Of a stretch of 64,000 bases of DNA, positions 56,312 to 64,000 are shown in pieces (within the stretch, counting starts at the first letter, position 1; the number at the start of each line of letters is the position of its first letter). The position numbers and the translations under genes were made by a program. A model generated the notes under the pieces. The model was not told the origin of the DNA and did no database searches. It was given only the letters and a program-made list of their open reading frames with translations. The DNA is from Planctomycetota bacterium. Lineage in GTDB: Bacteria > Planctomycetota > UBA1135 > UBA2386. The stretch covers positions 6,208,001-6,272,000 of the forward strand of contig OZ245838.1 in the NCBI GenBank assembly GCA_965228735.1, written 5' to 3'.

Positions 56312-56934
56312 ACGTGACGGACCTCGACGTCGTCGATCATCCCGGCCTGCAGCTGCGCCACCGCACCGTCGCGCTGCCGCGACCGCTCGCGGACTTGCAG
56401 TCGCCTGGTTGGCTCGTCGACCTGCTGCGCGTGGACGCGAATGCCCCGGTCACGCCGCCGGCGGACATCAAGGCCGTCGTGCGTGATCTGCTGCGCGGGC
56501 ACGGCTATCGCCCGACCGGCCGCGGCAAACCCGCGTCCGAGTACGTCGCGGCCGCGGTGCCCGCCGGTCGCCTCGGTTCGATCAACGCGGTCGTCGACAT
56601 CGGCAACGTCGTGTCGTTGCACTCGGGACTGCCGGTCAGCGTGGTGGACGTCGACTGTCTCGCCGCGCCGCTCCGCGTCGCGATTCCACCAGCGGACACG
56701 CGCTACGTGTTCAACCGTGGCGGCCAAGAGATCGATGTCGGCGGCCTGCTGAGTCTGCACGACGCGAACGGTCCGTGCGCCAACGCGGTCAAGGACGCGC
56801 AGCGCAGCAAGACGAGCGCGGAGACGAAGCGAGTGCTCGCGATCGTGTGGGGGACGGAACGGCCGCCGGGTCACGCGGACGCGGCGTTCGCGTGGTTGAG
56901 CGAGTGCTTCGACCGGCTCGTCGGCGCGGACTGA
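56308..56934 (+). CDS. Stand-alone B3/B4-domain protein
   Basis: GY.PTGRGKPASEY, INAVVDIGNVVSL..GLP...D. Confidence 0.85.
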   Translation: MNVTDLDVVDHPGLQLRHRTVALPRPLADLQSPGWLVDLLRVDANAPVTPPADIKAVVRDLLRGHGYRPTGRGKPASEYVAAAVPAGRLGSINAVVDIGNVVSLHSGLPVSVVDVDCLAAPLRVAIPPADTRYVFNRGGQEIDVGGLLSLHDANGPCANAVKDAQRSKTSAETKRVLAIVWGTERPPGHADAAFAWLSECFDRLVGAD

Positions 56935-56949
56935 GCCGGATCGAGTCCG

Positions 56950-57471
56950 CTACCCGGCCATCCAGTTCGCCTGCTGCTCGCCGCTCTTCTGCAGGTAGTC
57001 GTCCTGCAGGCGCTCGCGCAGGAACTGGCCGTAGATCGCCATGACGATCTCGTAGATCGCGAGCCAGTTGGCGGCGCGGTCGGCCGTGCGGTCCTGCGCC
57101 GACTCGATGTCCTCGGCGTCCTCCGGCAGTCGAACGCCCGACAGCGTCATCGTCGAGGCGTCGAGCGTCGCGGCCCACTGCCGGTCGCCCTCGGCGATGA
57201 TGAGCTTGGCCTTCTTGAGGCGGCGGCCCTGGCGCAGCGCGCTGCGCGCTTCCGGCGTCCGCGTCGGCAGGCCGCGGCGCAGCGTCTGCTCCGTCTCGTC
57301 GTCGCTCGGCGCCGCGAACGCGAGGAAGTCGTCGAGCGCGATCCCGACGCGCCGGCCGGCCGACAGGTCGTACTCGCCGCCGTCGGTCTCCCAGCGGAAC
57401 CACAGCCAGGTCAGGAACTCCTCGCCGAGGAAGCCGTGCGTCGTGCCGGCTGCTGCATTCGTTTCGCTCAC
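56950..57471 (-). CDS. RdgC-like protein, C-terminal-type half
   Basis: FLGEEFLTWLWF, EAR.AL..G; GTG overlaps upstream stop. Confidence 0.65.
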   Translation of the reverse strand: MSETNAAAGTTHGFLGEEFLTWLWFRWETDGGEYDLSAGRRVGIALDDFLAFAAPSDDETEQTLRRGLPTRTPEARSALRQGRRLKKAKLIIAEGDRQWAATLDASTMTLSGVRLPEDAEDIESAQDRTADRAANWLAIYEIVMAIYGQFLRERLQDDYLQKSGEQQANWMAG

Positions 57472-58328
57472 TGGGCGTCCTCCTCGTCCCACGGCACGTC
57501 GTTGTCGCCGGTGGCCTCGCCGCCCGCCGCGGCTTCCGGCGCCGCGACGGCTTCGACCTCGGCGGCCGCCTCGGCGTCAGCATCGGACGCTTCGGGCACG
57601 GTGCCCTCTGCGGGATCGCCTGCTGCGGGATCATCTGCCGCGGGATCGTCCACTACGGGATCATCGGCCAAGGCGGCGATCGGCTTCGGCAGCGCGGGCG
57701 GCGCCGTCGGCACGTCGCCCGGGCGCGTCGCGTCCGGCCACCGCACCGGCGTCAGGCGATCGAAGTCCGCGAGCAGGTCGCGGTCGACGCCGACGCGCGT
57801 GCCGCACTGGTACGGGCTCGCGCGATCGAGCGGCAGCGCGAACGTTTCGAAGAACAGCTTGCCGAACGCCTCGACGACCGCGTTGCTCGTCGCGAAGAGC
57901 AGGATCGTCTTGCGATCGTGGAACATCAGCGCGTCGACGAGGTTGATCGTCGGCAGCACGCGCGGCAGCAGACGCTCGCCGATGTCCTCCTTGAGTTCAC
58001 GACGTTCGCGCGGCGGCAGCTTCTTGCCGCGCGCGCGCTCCTCCGACTCGAGGTGGATCTGCAGCCACTTCCGCGGCAGCGTCTTCTTGTCGATGCGCAT
58101 GCGCAGCCAGGTGGCCACGCCGCCGTCGATGTCCTCGGGCGTGAACTCGTCACCCGTCGGCAGGGCGGGTGTCACCCATCCCACCGACACTTCCTCGGAC
58201 GCCGCGTTCTCGATCGTCCGGAACCGCTGGTTGGCGAGGGTCTCGCAGAACTCTTCGTCCCGCGGGTCCGGCACCTTGCCCTGCCAGTACATCGCGACGA
58301 AGCCGCCGCTGCGCTTGAGTGTCGCCAT
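57468..58328 (-). CDS. rdgC: RdgC-like recombination-associated protein, N-terminal-type half, with acidic tail
   Basis: SVGWV, RIDKK.LP, ELKE.....LLPR, FGKLF.ETF. Confidence 0.7.
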   Translation of the reverse strand: MATLKRSGGFVAMYWQGKVPDPRDEEFCETLANQRFRTIENAASEEVSVGWVTPALPTGDEFTPEDIDGGVATWLRMRIDKKTLPRKWLQIHLESEERARGKKLPPRERRELKEDIGERLLPRVLPTINLVDALMFHDRKTILLFATSNAVVEAFGKLFFETFALPLDRASPYQCGTRVGVDRDLLADFDRLTPVRWPDATRPGDVPTAPPALPKPIAALADDPVVDDPAADDPAAGDPAEGTVPEASDADAEAAAEVEAVAAPEAAAGGEATGDNDVPWDEEDAQ

Positions 58329-58367
58329 ACCCTCCCTGCTGCGCGCGGCCGCAGCCGCGGTTGCTCG

Positions 58368-59615
58368 TTACTTGCCTTTCTTGCCGTTGGGGTCGCCGGT
58401 CTTCTGCAGCTCGATCGCATTCCGCACCTTGCGGCCGGGCTTCACCGGGCCGTCCGGCGGCTCGACCTTGCCCGCGTCGATGTCGCCCGTCGGCACGACC
58501 GGCGGCAGGTTCTGCAGCGCGGTCTCGAGCTCGGCCTTCTGCTTCTGCAGCGACTTCAGCTCGGCCATCTCCGTGTCGCCGGGGGCGTCCCCGATCTGCG
58601 CGATGCGCGCCTTGATGACCGTCAGCTGCTTCATCAGCGAGGCGCGCGGCGCGGCGGGTTGCGCCGGGACGGCAGGCGCCGGGCGGTACATCGCCGGCAG
58701 CATGCTCATCGTGGCTTCGTCACGCACCTGGATCTCGACCTGGCCGCGCGAGGCGTTGGCCTGCGCCGTGTTGAGCGCTTCCTCGTCGTCCGAGAACCGC
58801 ACCTGGACGGCCTTGGCCTGGATCTTGTCCAGCTCCTTGGTGCTGCCCTTCTCGAACTTCTCGCATTGCAGGACGACGTAGCCGAACACGTTGCGGATCG
58901 GCTCGGAGATCTCGCCTTCGGCGAGCGCGAACGCGGCCATCTCGACGCCCGTGCCGAGGAACGAGTTCCGCGTGATCGTGACCGAGCCGTCGGGCTGCGC
59001 GCCGAGGACCGCCGCGTTGGTCTTGACGAGCTCCGCCGCGGTCGTGCCGCCGGCCATCGCCTTCTGCACGACCTTGGCCTGCTCGAGCGCGTTGTTCTGC
59101 GGGAACTTGCTCGCGACCGAGTTGGTGCGGATCAGCTCGAACATGATCCGCTGGCCGCGCATCGCGTCGTCGCCGGTGTTCTCCAGCGTCCGCATGTACT
59201 CCATCATCGTGTCGAACTCGGCCTGCTTGACCGGCGTGCCGTCCACGGCGATCAGCGCGTCGGCGCCGAACTCCTGCCGCGCATCGGCCGACATCATCGT
59301 GGCCTTGTTGATCTGCATCGGCTGCGGACGGGCGGGGCGCGTGATGCCGGCGTCGATCGACGCGATCTGCGGCTCCGTGCGCGCGAGCTTCTGGGCCAGC
59401 ATCTGGTTGGCGTTCGCGGCGCGCTGCTTCGCGTAGGCGATCTCGCGCTGCAGACGCTCCTTCTCCGCCTTGAGCTGGCTGAGGACTGCGCCCGGATCCT
59501 GACCCTGGCCCTCCTGACTCGGGGCTTCCGCCGCCGGCTTCGCGGCGGGCGGATCGTTCTGGGCGGTGGCTGCGGTCGCGAGCAACAGAGAGGCCGAAAG
59601 GAGGCGGACGATCAT
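58368..59615 (-). CDS. Secreted parvulin/PpiC-type isomerase-like chaperone
   Basis: ATA|Q signal; AAFALAEGEISEPIRNVFGY. Confidence 0.7.
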   Translation of the reverse strand: MIVRLLSASLLLATAATAQNDPPAAKPAAEAPSQEGQGQDPGAVLSQLKAEKERLQREIAYAKQRAANANQMLAQKLARTEPQIASIDAGITRPARPQPMQINKATMMSADARQEFGADALIAVDGTPVKQAEFDTMMEYMRTLENTGDDAMRGQRIMFELIRTNSVASKFPQNNALEQAKVVQKAMAGGTTAAELVKTNAAVLGAQPDGSVTITRNSFLGTGVEMAAFALAEGEISEPIRNVFGYVVLQCEKFEKGSTKELDKIQAKAVQVRFSDDEEALNTAQANASRGQVEIQVRDEATMSMLPAMYRPAPAVPAQPAAPRASLMKQLTVIKARIAQIGDAPGDTEMAELKSLQKQKAELETALQNLPPVVPTGDIDAGKVEPPDGPVKPGRKVRNAIELQKTGDPNGKKGK

Positions 59616-59766
59616 GAGGAACAGTCGGAAGTTGAGAAGTGGGGCGGACTATGAAACCGGCGGACCGTCGAACGCGCAAGGCTCGCGGTTCCTCCCGGAA
59701 CGGGCATTCTCGCGGCATGGCCCAAGCGCCGCGCCGGGGCGGGGTTGTGGGGGCAGCGTACCGCTC

Positions 59767-60747
59767 TCAGGGGCCCCGGGTCGCGAAGTGGTCCGCTGCG
59801 GCCGACAGGATGGGCGAGATGGCGATCGCGGCCGTGTAGTGGCCGAAGGGCACGTCGTAGCGGGCCGGGCGACCGAGCGCCTCCCAGAGCAGGTCCTGGT
59901 TGAGCCTCGGGATGACGTCGTCGAACACCGCGGCGACGAACAGCACCTTCTCCGTCGCCACGGCGGGTGCCATCAAGAGCGGCTCGTAGTGCAGGTGTTC
60001 GCGCAGCTCCGAGCGCACGTGATCGACGCCGACGCCGTCGGTCTCCTGCAGCCAGGCGACCCAGTTCTCGACGCGCGATTCGCCGCTCGCCGGGATCAGG
60101 CTCGGCAGGTGGCCGCCGGCGAGGCAGATCGTGACGCCCGCGAGCTCCGGTTCGTGGGCGGCGACCGCCGTCGCGACCATGCCACCGAGGGAGATGCCGA
60201 GCACGAACTGCGGCTGCCGGGCGCCGCCGCGCTGCGCGTCGGTCGTTCGCAGCCAGGCGAGCAGCAGGCGCTGATGCAGGACCGTCCGGCGAAACAGCTC
60301 CTGCAGCTCTGGTCCGCGCTGGCCGGGTTTCATCGCCGAACCCGCGCGATCACACAGCGCGACGTCGAAGCCGCGCGCGAACATGCTGTCGCCGACGAAC
60401 TCCATGATCGCCGCGCCGCCCGCGAGCATCGGCACGAGCAGCACGAGCGGGCGCGGCGGGGTGTCGGCAGCGCTCGCGTCGCGCGTGCTCCAGAGCTGGA
60501 AGCGGACGGTCTCGTCGTGGCCTTCGAGGCGACCGCGCCAGCGGGCCGGGCCCGTGCGTTCGAGGCCGGTGACGGTCGGGGCCGTCAACGGCTCCGGTCG
60601 GGCTCGCGCGGCCGCGGGCAACGCGGGCCGCGGGTGCCGTGGCGCGATGCCGGACGTGCAGCTGGCGAAGAGCGCCGACAGCAACAGCAGGGCGCGCCAG
60701 GTTCCCGCGCCGGCGCGCGGGGTCGTCTCAGAAGATGTGCACCGCAT
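59767..60747 (-). CDS. Alpha/beta-hydrolase lipoprotein
   Basis: Lipobox-like FASC, GISLGG nucleophile elbow, FDD..P, GH. Confidence 0.82.
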   Translation of the reverse strand: MRCTSSETTPRAGAGTWRALLLLSALFASCTSGIAPRHPRPALPAAARARPEPLTAPTVTGLERTGPARWRGRLEGHDETVRFQLWSTRDASAADTPPRPLVLLVPMLAGGAAIMEFVGDSMFARGFDVALCDRAGSAMKPGQRGPELQELFRRTVLHQRLLLAWLRTTDAQRGGARQPQFVLGISLGGMVATAVAAHEPELAGVTICLAGGHLPSLIPASGESRVENWVAWLQETDGVGVDHVRSELREHLHYEPLLMAPAVATEKVLFVAAVFDDVIPRLNQDLLWEALGRPARYDVPFGHYTAAIAISPILSAAADHFATRGP

Positions 60748-61732
60748 ACATGAGGAGGCCGGGGGAGCCGTCCATCGGTGCTTCGAACATCGAGTAGATC
60801 GAAGAGGTGGAGAGGAAGTTCATGTCGTCGCCGACCGCGAAACGCACGCTCGTCGTCGGCGAGTAACGATACGAGAGGTCGGCGCGAATGTGCGTCCGAT
60901 ACGTGTAGTACTCGTAGTGCGAGTTGAGGTTGAACGACAGGTTGTCGAGCAGCGGCCAGTCGATCGACAGCCGGCCGCGGTCCTGGCTCGTGCCGAGCCG
61001 CACGCCGTGGTTGATGTAGACGACCTCGAGCGGGTCGCCGCGGCGGCTCGCGTGCAGGCGCATCGACAGGCGGCCGAGCTTGCGGTGCTTCTTGTGCGCG
61101 TCGCGATACGGCTTGCTGAGCGGCACGAACGAGGACCGGAAGTCGTCCACCTGGACCTCGAACGCCGTGACCAGCGGGAAGCGGCGCAGCAGTCGCCGGG
61201 CCGGACGCGACAGCACGCGCGGACCGTTGTCGTGCACCCATTCGGCCTGTTCCTCGGCGATCGCCTGCTCGCTCCAGAGCGGCTGGCTGAGCTCGAGATC
61301 GGCGGGGCGCCACTGCTCGAGGAACGGCAGGCGCACCTCGCGTTCCGTGCGCCGGCGATCCTCGCGGACGAGGTCGTCCATGAAGCGCAGGGTCTCGCGC
61401 GCGAACGGATCGTCGATCGCCGCGAAGTCGGTGGAGCTCAGGGCCCACGTATGACGCGCGTCGGGAACCAGGCGGCGTTCGGTCAGGGTCGTCGGGGTCT
61501 CCGCGAGCCGCTCGGGGCGCCGCGGGATCGTGCGCTCGACGATCGGCGGTTCCCGTTCTTCGAGCTCCGGCGGCAGGAACTCGACGCCGATGCGCAGCAC
61601 GGTCGTGGGGCGGGCGGTCGCGATCGACGTCGCCGTTGCAGGAATTCCCGCCGGGTCGGAGCTGTGACCCCACCGCGGCTGCGATGCGCAGCCGGCGAGC
61701 AGACAGGCTGCGATGCCGAGCTGGAGCTTCAA
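60728..61732 (-). CDS. Hypothetical lipoprotein with beta-strand-rich C-terminus ending in Phe
   Basis: Lipobox LAGC; alternating strands; terminal YAVHIF; TTG start. Confidence 0.65.
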   Translation of the reverse strand: MKLQLGIAACLLAGCASQPRWGHSSDPAGIPATATSIATARPTTVLRIGVEFLPPELEEREPPIVERTIPRRPERLAETPTTLTERRLVPDARHTWALSSTDFAAIDDPFARETLRFMDDLVREDRRRTEREVRLPFLEQWRPADLELSQPLWSEQAIAEEQAEWVHDNGPRVLSRPARRLLRRFPLVTAFEVQVDDFRSSFVPLSKPYRDAHKKHRKLGRLSMRLHASRRGDPLEVVYINHGVRLGTSQDRGRLSIDWPLLDNLSFNLNSHYEYYTYRTHIRADLSYRYSPTTSVRFAVGDDMNFLSTSSIYSMFEAPMDGSPGLLMYAVHIF

Positions 61733-62129
61733 CGGGCCAGGTCCCCGAAACCGGATGAAGAGAAAGAACGCCAGTAAGCGTGCAGTCCCTGCATCGGCCT
61801 CCGCCGGGCGTTCCTGTACTCACGTTTTCTGGCGCGCAGTGAAATTCTATGCGCGTTCGGCCGCCTGGTTTCGCCTGCGGCACGGATCGTTCGGTGATAT
61901 GGCCGCAAAAGGCCCGGGATTTTCCGCGCCCGCTGCGGCGCGCGTGTGACGCGCTCCGAACGAGAAATCGGACCGCGCGACGACGCCGGCGCAGCGTTAC
62001 CGAATCGACCTCGTTCGTACGCTCGCGTCACCCGCCCTCACCGCCCGATTCAGTGCCCTGCCCACCATGGCAACGCGCACTACGTGCGCGTCGACCGCAG
62101 CGGCCAGCGTCAGTTCGGAATCGCGGGGG

Positions 62130-64000
62130 TCAGTCGAGCGCGCGCCGACGCAGACCGTCGCTCACGGCGAAGCGCGGCCCGAGCGTGCGGGTCAGTTCGT
62201 CGAGTGCCGCGACGATCGTCGAGAGGCCCTCACGGCGCGCGTAGCGCGTGATCCCGCCGGTGAACGGGGGGAAGCCGATGCCCATCACGAGGCCGAGGTC
62301 GAGGTCCTGCTCGGCGCTCACGACGCCGCCGTCGAGGCACCGATACGCCTCGTCGACGAGCGGGTAGATCAGCCGCTGCACGAGTTCGGAGCGCGATGCC
62401 TCGCGACCCGGCGTCTTGCCGTCGCCGCGCAGCTGTTCGATCACGCGCCGTCCGGGGCCCGTGCCGCGACCGTTCGCCGCGTAGATGCCGCCGCCGCTCT
62501 TCTGCCCGAGCGCGCCGGCGCGCGCCATGGCGCCGAACAGATCGCACGGTTCCATCCGATCCGGGAACCCGGCCTGCATGACCTCGCTGACCTTGGCCGC
62601 GACGTCGAAGCCGACCTCGTCGAGCAGGCGGCACGGTCCCATCGGCATGCCGAAGTCGAGCATCGCCGCATCGATCGCCTCGGGCGAACTGCCCTCGAGC
62701 AGCAGTCGCGCGGCCTCGTTGAGGTACGGCGACAGACAGCGGTTGACGAGGAAGCCCGGGGCATCCGTCGTGACGACCGGGAACTTGCCGAGCTCGACTG
62801 CCAGTCGGCATGCCGTCGCGACGGCCTCGGCACTCGTGTGCTCGCCGCGGATGACCTCCACGAGCGGCATCTTCTCGGGTGGGTTGAAGAAGTGCAGGCC
62901 GACGACGCGGTCGCGCTGCACGACGTTCTCCGCCATTTCGGTGACCGACAGCGAACTCGTGTTGGTTGCGATGATCGCCTCGCGCGGCAGCCCGTTCGCG
63001 ACGGCCTGCGCCATGAGCTGTTGCTTGACGGCCATGTCCTCGACGACGGCTTCGAGCCACAGATCGCAGCGCGAGAGGCTGCCCCACTCCGTCGAGACCA
63101 TCAGTCGGTCCTGCGTGGCCTGCGCCTCGTGGGCGGCGAGCCGGCGGCGCTTGACGCGCTTGCCGAGGTCCTTCGCGAGACGCGCCTTGGCCTTCGCGAG
63201 CGCGGTCAGATCGAGGTCGCACAACCGCACGTCCCGCCCCTTGTCGGCCATGAGACCCGCGATGCCGGCGCCCATGATGCCGCCGCCGACGACGAACGCG
63301 CGCTCGACCGGACGGGCGGCGTCGTCCTTGCCGAGGCGCTTGCTGCGCTCGGTCAGGAAGAACAGGTGCGTCAACGCCTTGCTCTCCGGGGTGACGATCA
63401 TCGCGCCGAGCGCTTCGGCCTCGGCGTTGAGGGCCTGGTCGCGTGGCAGCGCGAACGCGTTGACGCAGCACTGCAGCGCGGCCTTGGGGGCCGGGTAGAA
63501 CCGGGCCTGACCCTGCGACAGCTTCTTCGTCACCGTACGCACGACGAGCCCGCGCAGCGGCGTCCGCGACAGCCACCACGCGCTGCCGCGCAGTCGCCGG
63601 CGCGGCGACTTCTTGCTCGCGGCGATGAGCTTCTGGCACTCCTCGCGCGCGGCCTGCCGCAGCTTCTCCGTCGGTACCGCGCGGTCGACGAGGCCGCGCT
63701 TCAACGCCGGCTTGGCCGGCAGCAGCTTGCCGGCGAGGATGAGATCGAGCGCGATCGGCAGGCCCACGAGCCGCGACAGGTTGTACGTGCCGCCAAAACC
63801 CGGGATGATGCCGAGCTTGGTCTCGGGCAGACCGATCTTGGTCGAACGGTCGGTGCTCGCGACGCGCACGTCGCAGAACAGCGCGAGTTCGAAGCCGCCG
63901 CCGAGGCACGGGCCCTCGATCGCCGCGACCACGGGCACGCTGAGGCTCTGCAGCCGGGCGAACGCGGCGCGCCCGCGGGCCGCCGCTTCCGCGCCGGCGC
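62130..64000 (-). CDS. fadJ: Fatty acid oxidation complex alpha subunit (enoyl-CoA hydratase / 3-hydroxyacyl-CoA dehydrogenase), 5'-partial
   Basis: CLGGGFELAL, GLPE..LGIIPG.GGT, GGGIMGAGIA, EAVVE, NTSSL, HFFNP; frame open to the window edge. Confidence 0.9.
   Translation of the reverse strand, partial: AGAEAAARGRAAFARLQSLSVPVVAAIEGPCLGGGFELALFCDVRVASTDRSTKIGLPETKLGIIPGFGGTYNLSRLVGLPIALDLILAGKLLPAKPALKRGLVDRAVPTEKLRQAAREECQKLIAASKKSPRRRLRGSAWWLSRTPLRGLVVRTVTKKLSQGQARFYPAPKAALQCCVNAFALPRDQALNAEAEALGAMIVTPESKALTHLFFLTERSKRLGKDDAARPVERAFVVGGGIMGAGIAGLMADKGRDVRLCDLDLTALAKAKARLAKDLGKRVKRRRLAAHEAQATQDRLMVSTEWGSLSRCDLWLEAVVEDMAVKQQLMAQAVANGLPREAIIATNTSSLSVTEMAENVVQRDRVVGLHFFNPPEKMPLVEVIRGEHTSAEAVATACRLAVELGKFPVVTTDAPGFLVNRCLSPYLNEAARLLLEGSSPEAIDAAMLDFGMPMGPCRLLDEVGFDVAAKVSEVMQAGFPDRMEPCDLFGAMARAGALGQKSGGGIYAANGRGTGPGRRVIEQLRGDGKTPGREASRSELVQRLIYPLVDEAYRCLDGGVVSAEQDLDLGLVMGIGFPPFTGGITRYARREGLSTIVAALDELTRTLGPRFAVSDGLRRRALD

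Noticed and set aside
61733..62129. Small ORFs or ncRNA in the gap before the fadJ stop
   Set aside because: No convincing coding pattern or recognisable RNA motif; most likely promoter and UTR sequence.

Overview
High-GC bacterial chromosomal window with about 55 genes. Gene content and style suggest an uncultured Planctomycetota-like organism (inference only). Housekeeping blocks: aroF-tpiA-secG-yicC-gmk-coaC-prmA; glmU-prs-rplY-pth-rpsF-rpsR-rplI-rimO-pgsA-pgpA-SpoIIE-like-mazG; priA; rlmD-like; mqnB; a split rdgC-like pair; partial fadJ/fadB. Accessory parts: a surface-polysaccharide patch (GT4, GT2, methyltransferase, KpsS-like) interleaved with three type II TA modules and an orphan antitoxin, three membrane Ser/Thr kinases, a five-gene heavy-metal RND operon, and several secreted enzymes. 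I found no tRNA, rRNA, CRISPR array, integrase or transposase. Most interesting signals: (1) four unrelated secreted proteins share a C-terminal domain, and all seven apparent SPI substrates have Gln at +1, a candidate sorting system; (2) a palindromic repeat family with compensatory changes, bracketing priA; (3) a 55-bp direct repeat bounding a 937-bp ParDE unit; (4) two non-RD kinases with near-identical catalytic DNA and diverged ectodomains; (5) a Cys/His-rich leader ORF heading the metal-efflux operon. All family calls come from motif recognition by eye; no searches were run.
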